Positions 27,301 through 32,700 of a stretch of DNA of 64,000 bases are shown piece by piece. Every line of letters starts with the position of its first letter. Within the stretch, counting starts at the first letter, position 1. A model generated the notes under the pieces. It was not told the origin of the DNA and did no database searches. It worked only from the letters and a program-made list of their open reading frames with translations. Position numbers and translations under genes: made by a program. Source of the stretch: Candidatus Multivoradales bacterium (lineage in GTDB: Bacteria > Acidobacteriota > Thermoanaerobaculia > Multivoradales > J023); the NCBI GenBank assembly GCA_965248925.1, contig CBDFLE010000005.1, positions 1,504,001 through 1,568,000 of the forward strand, written 5' to 3'.

Positions 27301-29742
27301 GGTCCAGGTCGCCGCACACTCAGCGAGAGCTTGCTCGCCACCAAACGCGGTCAGGCGCACCGAGGCCGGAAACTCCACCACACCTGCCGCAACAGCAAAG
27401 GAAAGCTCGTGCCAATAAGCCGTAGGCAGGATCAAGACGGTGATCGCATGGGCCTCGAGAGCGGCAAAGAAATCGCTGGTAGAGCGCAGCATCGATGTTT
27501 CGCGTAGCACCAAGACAGCACCCTGTTGCAGGGTAGAGAAGATCTCCTCGATGCAGGAGTCAAAGCTAATCGAAGAGAATTGCAGCACCCGATCCGAGGA
27601 TTTGATCCCATAGCTTCGTATCACCGACTCGGTGTAGTGGGCCAAGCCGCGGTGGGTTGTCATCACCCCTTTGGGTTGGCCGGTAGAGCCAGACGTGTAG
27701 ACTATGTAGGCTAGATTGTCGGCCGTGACTGCAACCCGCGGTGCCACCGAGCCACCCGCAGCGACCGACGACCAGCCACAGTCGAGACAAAGTCGAGGGC
27801 AGGCCAGCCTCGCGAAGCTGTGCTCCAGTTGTTCCTCGGTCAGCAGCACCGAGCAACGAGAATCTTCAGCCATGAAGAGCAAACGATCCTGCGGATACGC
27901 GGGATCAAGCGGCACAAAAGCTCCCCCTGCCTTGAGGATCCCCAGGACCCCGACGATCAGCTCCAGGGAGTGGTGCAGGCAGATACCTACCAACACGTCG
28001 GGTCCCACTCCGAGTTTGCGCAAGTAGTTTGCCAGCTGATTGCCACGGCGATCGAGCTCGCCGTAGCTCAGCTGCCGACCACGGTAGCTCACCGCCACGG
28101 CCTCCGGGGTGGCCAAGGCCTGAGCCTCTAGCAAGCTGACTTCTGAGATTTCACCCCAACCTCGCCAGCGCGGCCCTTCCCGCCATTCGTAGACCAGCTG
28201 ATGGGTCTCCTCGGCGGACAGCAGGGCGAGCCGCGACAGGGGCTGGTCTGGGTTGGTCAGGCAGCTCTCGAGGAGAATCTCGAAGCGCCGCGCAAACCGC
28301 TTCCCGGTCAGCGGTGCGAACAGGTCGGCTGCAAAGTGGAAGCTCGCTTCCAGGCCGTCTGCCCGCTTCCACATCTGCAGATCGAGGTCATACATCGAAG
28401 CCTCGAGTTCGGTCGTCACCTGTTCCAGGCGCAGAGCCGGCTGGCCCTGGTCCCAACGCTCTTCAGCGGTGAAAGCAAAGCCGGCTTGAAATACCGGGTT
28501 GCGACTCGGATCCCGCTCAATACCGAGGTGCTCGACCACCTTGTCGAAGGACAGATCCTGGTGGCTCCTGGCGGCGATGACTACATTTGCCACGCGTCGA
28601 ATCAGCCGGCGAAAATTCAGCTCGCCCCCGAGGTCGGTACGCAACGCCAGGACATCGACAAAGAAGCCCATGACCTGTTCTAGAACCTGACGGCTACGAT
28701 TCGAGCTGGGGATGCCGACCACCAAGTCCTGCTGCCCCGACTGGCGGTAGAGAAAGACCTTGAACAGCGCCAACAGGGCAATAAAGAGAGTCGCCCCTTC
28801 GCCAGCCGCCAGAGCCTCCATCGCCTCCATCCGTCCGCTGCTTATCCAGATCGAGCAATGAACCCCGCGTGAGCTGCGCCGCGACGGCCGGGCCCAGTCG
28901 GTGGGCAACTCGAGAGCGACCGGCGCTCCCTGCAAACACTGACGCCAAAACTCGACGCCGCGTTCAAGCACCGCGCCCTGCAGGCGCTGGCGCTGCCAAA
29001 AAGCGTAGTCGGCGTACTGTAGCGGCGGTTCGGGCAGGACCAGCGCTCGTCCCCGGGAGAACGCTTGGAAAAAAGCCCCGAGTTCCTTCATAAAAATATT
29101 CAACGACTCGTCATCGGTGAGGATGTGGTGCGTATTTACGAGCAACAGGTGTTCGCCGCTCAGCAGTACCACCGTAACCCGCCAGGGCGGAGCCGCACCC
29201 AAGTCGAAAGGACGTCGGGCATGGGCCGAGGCCAACTGCCGGGCTTCAATTTCACCGTCGTCACCGGCCAGCATACTTAGATCGATCAGCGGCACAGGTA
29301 AGCGAAACGCCTCCACCACCACTTGCACCGGCTGCCCGTCGACCGCCGGAAAACGGCTGCGCAAAATCTCATGCCGCCGAATGACCGCGCCGAGACTCGC
29401 CTCGAGAGCCGCGAGCTGGAGCTGGCCACGGACCCGGAAGGTCAGAGGAATGTGGTAAACGGAGCTGGTGGGCTCCATCTGGTGCACCAACCACAGCCCC
29501 TCTTGACCGAAGGACAGCGGCAACGGTTCGCCGCGCGGCGCGCGCTCGATCGACTCCCCGCCCTGGCCATTTCCCTGCACCTGGCGCAGCAGATCCAGCA
29601 ACTCCAGCTTGGCGCTGGCCATCTGTTCGAGCAGCTCGCCGGTCATCGCGCCCTCAGGCGCCCGATAGCGCAACCGATCCTGGTCGGCCCAAATGCGGAT
29701 ATCCGCCTGCCGCAGTTTGGCAAGGAGTTCCAACGGCGTCAT
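9355..29742 (-). CDS. Six-module NRPS: TubC-N-type docking domain, (C-A-T)x6, C relic, TE
   Basis: 6795 aa. Six C motifs (HHILTDD, HHIVSDG, HHIISDG x3, HHVISDG), six A3 motifs (Y/F)TSGSTG, six T motifs GHSL and a TE (GWSMGG...GDH). No E or N-MT domains seen. A codes read by eye: A1 DSEIAGTVVK, A2 DIWEITADDK, A3/A5 DVFFIGGTFK, A4 DAFFLGVTFK, A6 DVQFFAHVVK. ATGA overlap with the PKS stop. Confidence 0.97.
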   Translation of the reverse strand: MTPLELLAKLRQADIRIWADQDRLRYRAPEGAMTGELLEQMASAKLELLDLLRQVQGNGQGGESIERAPRGEPLPLSFGQEGLWLVHQMEPTSSVYHIPLTFRVRGQLQLAALEASLGAVIRRHEILRSRFPAVDGQPVQVVVEAFRLPVPLIDLSMLAGDDGEIEARQLASAHARRPFDLGAAPPWRVTVVLLSGEHLLLVNTHHILTDDESLNIFMKELGAFFQAFSRGRALVLPEPPLQYADYAFWQRQRLQGAVLERGVEFWRQCLQGAPVALELPTDWARPSRRSSRGVHCSIWISSGRMEAMEALAAGEGATLFIALLALFKVFLYRQSGQQDLVVGIPSSNRSRQVLEQVMGFFVDVLALRTDLGGELNFRRLIRRVANVVIAARSHQDLSFDKVVEHLGIERDPSRNPVFQAGFAFTAEERWDQGQPALRLEQVTTELEASMYDLDLQMWKRADGLEASFHFAADLFAPLTGKRFARRFEILLESCLTNPDQPLSRLALLSAEETHQLVYEWREGPRWRGWGEISEVSLLEAQALATPEAVAVSYRGRQLSYGELDRRGNQLANYLRKLGVGPDVLVGICLHHSLELIVGVLGILKAGGAFVPLDPAYPQDRLLFMAEDSRCSVLLTEEQLEHSFARLACPRLCLDCGWSSVAAGGSVAPRVAVTADNLAYIVYTSGSTGQPKGVMTTHRGLAHYTESVIRSYGIKSSDRVLQFSSISFDSCIEEIFSTLQQGAVLVLRETSMLRSTSDFFAALEAHAITVLILPTAYWHELSFAVAAGVVEFPASVRLTAFGGEQALAECAATWTAATRGPTFNTYGPTETTVVVTRIDLQAISAEDRGRLPEVPIGRPLENTRCCVLDRELGLVPTGMAGELHVSSVQLARGYLRRPALSAEAFVPDPFSTLPGARLYRSGDMVRYLPDGHLVFLGRTDQQVKLRGFRIELGEIEVVLRQHPQVQDAVVIADNEIPANARLVAYVVPTAEPALSRAVLREFLETKLPAYMVPVAFVEIAGLPLQPNGKVHRAALPKPQWNVEEESSAAPRTPLEELLAGLWSELLRAERVGIHDNFFALGGHSLLASRAISRVQEKFRVELPLQTLFEQPTVAGFAKMVEEAQAHGRHLAQPELAPVARDQSLVLSFNQQRLWFLAELEPDNPAYNISTAVRLYGRLQEAPLRQALQEVVARHEALRTTFESTDGSPRQVVHDDLPMRLDQVDLRSLATVAGQLEIERRVVEEARTSFDLTTGPLFRATLLRLRDEEYAFLLTLHHIVSDGWSVGVLIEELTALYGALIAGRPSPLLPLAIQYPDYAHWQRGWLRGEVLEQHLSYWRQQLAGAPNVLELATDRPRPATQSFRGGHLRINLSQSLRQDLKALCRQRSVTRFMLLSAAFNALLHRHTGQQDICVGTPIAGRQRVESENMIGFFANTLVLRSQLHGESTFGDLIERSRQVVLDAYTYQDMPFEVLVEELQPQRSLSHSPLFQVMFADDVPQVAGRLPGIEMAPLEVANGTAKFDLTLFMGSAEEGLSAEVEFNSDLFDEVTVRRLLSHFQRLLGAVVEDPQQLLRELPLISAAERHQLLAEWNDSSEQFPQPRCLADLFAAQVERTPMAVAASCGGDRLSYRQLDQRADRLARALVLRGVAANVVVALLADRGLDLLTAILAVFKAGAAYLPLDPHHPVARQRLILDSSAAPLVLASDRYLPSLREALADDAVVGAPQLQGLESLLAEESAASKMRRKSSLSDLAYVIFTSGSTGVPKGAMVEQRGMVNHLFNKIEDLTLTAGDAVAQTASQCFDISVWQFFAPLLVGGRVAIFGDRITHDAGLLIEQLEVEQITIFETVPSLLQVLLGELQASTTASRLSRLRWLIPTGEALPPGLCQRWLETFPDIPLVNAYGPTECSDDVTHQLIREPREFGAAGVPIGRPLAKLRLYVLDRWLEPQPLGAAGELCVGGVGVGRGYLGESARTAAAFMPDRFAATAGARLYRTGDLGRYRVDGSIEFLDRVDYQVKIHGFRVELGEIEKVLGEQADVDQVLVLARESPGDRRLVAYVVSSAAPPPAVVELRKLALLKLPEYMVPAEFVFLTELPLTANGKVDRQALPEPDQRRSADQGSAAPRSGTEELVLKCFSRVLGVECPDIDGDFFALGGHSLLAVQLRSRLREAFKVEVPLRALFETPTARGLAQTIDAALLEAHDASLPLARLARNGEPLALSFAQRRLWFIDQMNPHSSAYNVPLVLGIAGHSDLAPVEQALAEIVRRHEVLRTRFEASGGLPRQVIAAAGHWRLPVVDLSALPAAWRRGVADRWVEEESGRPFTLSTGPLFRVLLLRLAPDDHILMLTTHHIISDGWSQEVLMRELAALHTAYSAGKASPLAELPVQYVDYSAWQQRWLEEGDLGAAQLAYWRQRLAGAPPLLELPTDRARPAVLSQRGAVLDLRLPQALSEALESLGQTQGATLYMVLLGAFMTLLMRYTSQRDICVGTPVSGRHRSQLEGLIGFFVNTLVVRTEVADELGFRQLLAGVREATLGALNHQDLPFERLVDELAPQRSLSYSPLFQVAFSLHRSILRTAAIPGLQTYPVEFAWKTSKWDLSLNLEEGQEGLSGGLEYNVDLFDEVTIQRLAGHLRVLLDGVVSDPERQLWQLPLLPASEQAQLVAWSDTATVYPREASLPELFAVQALAHPQAVAVAYEDQFLSYGALDGAANQLARYLRRRGVEAGTLVGLYAARSPRMIVAMLAILKAGGAYVPLDLAYPATRLGLMLEDSGVEIVLSETAVASELPAFSGKVICLDTAPEVEQEKTASLEPLAAAESLAYVMYTSGSTGRPKGVAVPQQAITRLLVATNYLQLVGDERIAQGCNTSFDVATFEIWGALLHGGAVVGIAQQTLVSPALLAAELRAKKITTLFLTAAVFDQVGQELPGAFRGMRQVIFGGEAADPRWVRAVLDHQDRPRQLINGYGPTESTTFAVCHRLDHLEESATAVPIGVPISNSRVHLVDEYLRWGPIGVPGELLIAGDGLAQGYFGRPALTAAVFVPDPFATAPGGRLYRTGDRARYRAEGEIDFLGRFDHQVKIRGFRIELGEIEAVLGEQAGVEQVLVVARETPAGLRLAAYVVSAAPTAPTAAELRQLARLKLPEYMVPPDYVFLAELPLNANGKVDRKALPEPDEIGLIASERVAPRSVTETTVVECFSEILGVDCQGIDDDFFTLGGHSLLATRMISRLGDVLGVEIALQTLFETPTARGLAQTIDAALLEAHDASLPLARLARNGEPLALSFAQRRLWFIDQMNPHSSAYNVPLVLGIAGHSDLAPVEQALAEIVRRHEVLRTRFEASGGLPRQVIAAAGRWRLPVVDLSALPAAWRRGVADRWVEEESGRPFTLSTGPLFRVLLLRLAPDDHILMLTTHHIISDGWSQEVLMRELAALHTAYSAGKASPLAELPVQYADYAAWQQRWLEEGDLGAAQLAYWRQRLAAAPPLLELPADRARPAVLSQRGAVLDLRLPRALSEALESLGQTQGATLYMVFLGAFMTLLMRYTSQRDICVGTPVSGRHRSQLEGLIGFFVNTLVVRTEVADELGFRQLLAGVREATLGALSHQDLPFERLVDELAPQRSLSYSPLFQVAFSLHRSILRTAAIPGLQTYPVEFAWKTSKWDLSLSLEEGQEGLSGGLEYNVDLFDEVTIQRLAGHLRVLLDGVVSDPERQLWQLPLLPASEQAQLVAWSETATAYPREASLPELFAVQALIHPQAVAVAYEDQVLSYRALDGAANQLARYLRRRGVEAGTLVGLYAGRSPQMIVAMLAILKAGGAYVPLDLAYPAARLGLMLEDSGVEIVLSETAVASELPAFSGKVICLDTAPEVEQEKTAPLEPLAAAESLAYVMYTSGSTGRPKGVAVPQQAIARLLVATNYLQLVGDERVAQASNTSFDAASFEIWGALLHGGAVVGIAQQTLISPTLLAAELRAKRITTLFLTTAVFHQIGSEAPGALAGLRQVLFGGEAIDPRWVRAVLGAGSPEHLLHVYGPTESTTFASWQRVEEVPAEATTVAIGRALANSTLEVVDRHSGRVPMGVAGELLIGGDGLAWGYFRRPTLTAEKFVPNPFSSQPGGRLYHTGDRVCYRAGGAVEFLGRFDHQVKIRGFRIELGEIEAVLGEQAGVEQVLVMARETPAGLRLAAYVVSAAPTAPTAAELRQLARLKLPEYMVPPDYVFLAELPLNANGKVDRKALPEPDEIGLIASERVAPRSVTETTVVECFSEILGVDCQGIDDDFFTLGGHSLLATRMISRLGDVLGVEIALQTLFETPTARGLAQTIDAALLEAHDASLPLARLARNGEPLALSFAQRRLWFIDQMNPHSSAYNVPLVLGIAGHSDLAPVEQALAEIVRRHEVLRTRFEASGGLPRQVVAAAGRWRLPVVDLSALPAAWRRGVADRWVEEESGRPFTLSTGPLFRVLLLRLAPDDHILMLTTHHIISDGWSQEVLMRELAALHTAYSAGKASPLAELPVQYVDYSAWQQRWLEEGDLGAAQLAYWRQRLAGAPPLLELPTDRARPAVLSQRGAVLDLRLPQALSEALESLGQTQGATLYMVLLGAFMTLLMRYTSQRDICVGTPVSGRHRSQLEGLIGFFVNTLVVRTEVADELGFRQLLAGVREATLGALNHQDLPFERLVDELAPQRSLSYSPLFQVAFSLHRSILRTAAIPGLQTYPVEFAWKTSKWDLSLNLEEGQEGLSGGLEYNVDLFDEVTIQRLAGHLRVLLDGVVSDPERQLWQLPLLPASEQAQLVAWSDTATVYPREASLPELFAVQALAHPQAVAVAYEDQFLSYGALDGAANQLARYLRRRGVEAGTLVGLYAARSPRMIVAMLAILKAGGAYVPLDLAYPATRLGLMLEDSGVEIVLSETAVASELPAFSGKVICLDTAPEVEQEKTASLEPLAAAESLAYVMYTSGSTGRPKGVAVPQQAITRLLVATNYLQLVGDERIAQGCNTSFDVATFEIWGALLHGGAVVGIAQQTLVSPALLAAELRAKKITTLFLTAAVFDQVGQELPGAFRGMRQVIFGGEAADPRWVRAVLDHQDRPRQLINGYGPTESTTFAVCHRLDHLEESATAVPIGVPISNSRVHLVDEYLRWGPIGVPGELLIAGDGLAQGYFGRPALTAAVFVPDPFATAPGGRLYRTGDRARYRAEGEIDFLGRFDHQVKIRGFRIELGEIEAVLGEQAGVEQVLVVARETPAGLRLAAYVVSAAPTAPTAAELRQLARLKLPEYMVPPDYVFLAELPLNANSKVDRKALPEPQKRSAKDGDFTAPRTPIEELLSNIWCELLGQKQCDIDLSFFELGGHSLLATQLISRLQASLGLELQLRTLFEESTIRQLGAVIDTELRGDSANVEPINRAPREGELPLSYAQQRLWFLHQLMPDSPAYNMPLALRLEGRLMIAALERAFVEVLQRHESLRTTFFLGAAGPAQVITRLGPWRLPLVDLADLSPEDREVETGRLVGEEAALLFDLTSGPLIRTRMLRQAAERHVLLITLHHVISDGWSMGLLSQELGELYSAYSTGQDSPLAKLPVQYVDFAAWQRQWLEGGPAEVQLKYWRHKLADAPPLLELPTDRPRPALQSLRGGTLGFELSVAVTEALEALGRRCGATLYMVILAAFQTLLMRISRQQDIVVGSPIAGRSRLEIEPLIGFFVNTLVLRSDLSGNPSFEAFLANVRAVALEAFAHQDLPFEWLVEELQPERALSYSPLFQVMLAFQNLPSAPTAVGDLEIEDFDSEQTTARFDLLLSMTEDAGRMRGVLEYSSELFDGTTVERYIEYFQRLLLAIATTPERSLLRFDLLSKAERQQIVEWNDTGDGWPPTGTLTELFQQQVQRQPEAIAAIFAAARLSYGELDRQANRLAHKLASLGVGPDVVVGIMAERSLEMMIAVLAVLKAGGAYLPLDPSYPEERLAFMIEDAEVTALLTQQRLLVRLPPLSCELLCLDRDRGSWAAMPAKDPRTVSLADSLAYVIYTSGSTGRPKGVAMPQGALVNLIRWQLSQSRFGGGLTLQFASLSFDVSVQEIFSTWCAGGTLVLVDEQLRRDTPNLLERMNQQPVERMFLPFVALQQMAEAAVQRKRIPRALRETFIAGEQLRLTTAVREFFRRQKLSTLNNHYGPTEGHVVTSWTDSNPASCTETLPPIGCAIDHTKIYLCDSLGAQAPAGVPGELLIGGVALARGYLDRPAFTATSFVPDRFSVEAGERLYRTGDLARWRASGEIDFLRRIDQQVKVRGFRIEPGEIDTALEAHPRVCEAVAAILPDGPTTSRLIAYLVVSGDGEFDPAELPRFLAKSLPDYMIPQTFVELQALPLTPSGKIDRRSLPTPQSGLQERDTTAPRTMVERLLVGMWRRLLVLKSVGIHEDFFDLHGHSLIAPQVMLRIHETFAVDLPLIDLFDTPTIAGLAEKVEAFLARGETAQGSAAEQSHQIFGQHRLWFMDYLQPGSAEYKVGMVVHEEGTSNIRALYEVIRMALKCQLEQQATVAGDTTSPLMCLQNGGSRPPLFCVHPTGGEIFCYARLARLLGREGPFYGLRDTSIEGKAATTTIEGMAQRYAGEIRKVQSHGPYFLSGWSMGGFIAFEMARQIEAAGGEVAFLGLIDSKIWVLQEMAQLKGLSRLVSFGQQLGLDESQRKFLSRTKGNLKTVEEAMPRFQATLTRAGHLPSSVTLSQLKELYVNFERHVDALSQFCPSSYAGKLDLFLAEKRTRMEPKDLDGGWQGLAAELEVHLVQGDHFSIVREPDVIPLANILGQRLQLAGDLLSVARNSK
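9380..10190 (-). other. Terminal type I thioesterase domain of the NRPS
   Basis: PLFCVHPTGG, GPYFLSGWSMGG, LGLIDS and GDHFSIV. Boundaries approximate. Confidence 0.92.
13874..23205. repeat. Tandem ~3.18-kb triplication (2.9 copies) of an NRPS module (modules 3-5)
   Basis: Copies begin at 13874, 17057 and 20237 (offsets 3183 and 3180). Identical shadow ORFs recur at an offset of 6363 (e.g. 14001/20364, 15673/22036) and 3180 (16697/19877). Similarity ends at ~23205, inside T2. Confidence 0.95.
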
Positions 29743-32700
29743 AGCGTGCCCTCTTTCATCCCCGCCGGCAGAGCCAAATCTGCTTTTTCGGCGTCTGCTT
29801 GCGCAGCCCAGCGCAGAGTCTCGATAATCTCCGCCTGCTCCGCGACGGTGGGCAACTCGAATAGAGAGCGCAGGGGCAACTCCACTCCGAAAGTCTCTCG
29901 CAGACGCGAGAACAGCTGGGTGCCGAGCAGCGAATGCCCACCGAGTTCGAAGAAGCTATCGTGCCGGCCAACTCCCTCGATCGCCAGCAGCGACTCCCAG
30001 ATAGCGGCGATGCTGCGCTCGCTGTCACCGTCAGGGGCAACGAAAACAGTCACCAATTCCGGGCGCGGATGGCGGTCAGCTCCGCCAGTATCATCGCGGG
30101 CATCCTGGAGCTTCACCCATTGATCGAATCTGGCCCGCAAATCGCCTGTCGATTGGATGATCTGAGAGACCCCATCGATGCTGGCAATCAGGCGCTGAAA
30201 GACTTCCCAGCCTTCCTCCGGCAACATCTCGAAGCGGGCGAGAGTCCTGCCCATGATCTCGTGTTGAGCTTCGTCAAGTTGCCAGGAATCCCAGTTGACC
30301 GAGATCCAGGGCTGCGTTGACGAACGGTTGTGCGCGTGGCAGAAAGCATCCATGAAGAGATTCGCCGCGGCGTAGCCTGCCAGGCCCAACCCGCCGAGGA
30401 CCGAAGACAGAGACGACATCAGCAGACAGAAATCGAGCTGCCGATCCGCCAGCAACTGCTGCAGCACGTAGAGACCATGGACCTTTGGCTGGAAATGGCT
30501 CTCGCAAACTTCGCGCCCGATCTGCGCCACCGCTTGGAAGGAAGCCCCGTCAGTAATACCCGCGGCATGGATCACGCCGTGCAGCGTACTGAAACGTTCG
30601 TCGACCTGGCCTAGCACTATGCGCATCTGCTCCGCGTCAGCCACGTCGGCTTGAAGCAAGAGAATTTCGGCTCCTTGGGACTGCAAAGTCGCTATCGCCT
30701 GGATTCTCTGGCTGGTCGGATCCTCCTCAGCATGAGCCGCCAGCCATTGCGGCCATTCATCTTGGGCTGGCAATCCCGAGCGGCCCAGCAACACCAGGCG
30801 TGCTTCGTAGTCGCGAACCAAGCGGTGGGCGAGCTGCAAGCCAACCCCGCCTAGCCCACCGGTAATCAGGTAGACCCCTCTCCGACGCAGCCTTGGAGTG
30901 GGCTTGGGAGCGCCTTCCAAGCGCACCGGCTCGAAGCTCTGAACCCAACGCTGGGCATCGCGATAGGCCACCGTGAGCTCATCTGTTGGCGCCAGGAGTT
31001 CAGCCGTCAAACACTGCACCAGCCGCCCCTCTAGCGGCGTGCCAGCCGCCGGTAGCACGAGGTCGAAACTGCGGCAGGTGACATTTAGGTATTCCTGGGG
31101 TATCACCCGCACGGCGGCGAGTACCGTCGCCTTCTCCGGCTCAAGTTCCTCACTTGCGGTCACCGATTGCACCCCGCCCGACAGCAGATGCAGGTCGAGC
31201 GGCGCGTTGCTGCCGCTTTGGCCGATCGCCCGAGTCAGCCGGAGCAGGCTGTAGAAACCAACTTCCTGGGCGCTGGCGAAGCGGTCGGCAAAGTCATCCA
31301 CCGCCGCTGCCGAATCGAGAAGCCAGGCGTGAAGAATCGATCCGGGAAATGTATCGAGCGCTGCGAACAGCTCGCTATAGTTCTCCGGCGATCGCGGCTC
31401 GACGACGAAACGAGTTGGCGAGAGCTGCCTAAAAGCCTGCCCACGCTGCACAGTGACGACCCTGCAACCCCGTTCTTCGAGGCCCACCACCAGCTTTTGG
31501 GTGAATTCGCAGCCGTCGCTGAAGACCAGCCAATCGCGGTCCGCCGCCGCTACCTCGAGCGGCGCTTGGGGGGGCAACGAGGACTTCCAGCCGGGCAAAT
31601 AGAACCAATCACTGATATCAGGTTTCTTGCCCTCGTCGACCCATTGCGAGCGGCTAGCTCCGGGGGGGGTTGAAGGCTCGATCCAGTAGCGCTGACGGGT
31701 GAAGGCGTAGGTTGGCAGCGGCACCCGATGGCGACTCTCGTCGACGTAGAGGCGTTGCCAGTCGACCCTCGCCCCCGCCATCCACAGCCGGCCCAAGGCA
31801 CTCAGCAGCTGAGCCTGATCGGCCCGCCGTTCGTGCACATGCCGCATCGACGCCACCACCGCTTGGTCGCGGCCACTGTGCTGGCGCACCAGGGTCCCCA
31901 GAGTTTGGCCCGGACCAACTTCCAGATAGATCCTCTTGGGCTCAGCCAACAGGGTCTCTAAACCTTTGGCCAAACGCACCGTGCGGTACAGATGCCGCGC
32001 CCAGTAAGCTGGATCGGTCGCTTCCTCGGCCTCGATCCAAGTCCCGGTGACATTGGAGACGAAGGGGATGCGCGGCGCTTTGAGCACCATCGAAGCGACC
32101 AGCTCTTCCAGATCTCGGGCGATCGGTTCCATCATGCTGGAGTGGAAAGCGTGCGAGGTCTGTAAGCGGTGGCTCTCCAAGCCACGGCCGGCGAGCTGCT
32201 GCTCGAACTCTTGCAAGGCCTCTTCGGGTCCGGCGACAACACACAGCGCGGCACCGTTGACCGCCGCCAGAGAGAGCTCGCCGCTCAACCCGGCCTGGCA
32301 TTCGTCCTCCGCCAGAGGCACCGCGAGCATGCCGCCGGCAGGCAACTCTTGGATCATCCGCGCCCGCAGGGCGACCAGGCAGAGGGCGTCGTCAAGGCTC
32401 ATCACGCCGGCCAGACAGGCGGCGACATATTCGCCAAGACTGTAGCCAATCATCGCCTGTGGCCGTATACCCCACTCCATCCACTGCCGGGCCAACGCGT
32501 ACTCGATGACGAAGACCGCTGGTTGCGCCAAATCGGTGCGGAAGATCGGCGAGGCCGCCGCTGAATCTGCCCCGTCACGGCCCAGCAAGGAGCGCAGATC
32601 GGGGGCAGCCTCCGGCTCGCCATCGCTCACCGCGGCGCCAGAGAACAGCAGCGAGCGGATGTCGAGTCTGAGATAGGGACGCAGCAGCTCGGCGCACTGG

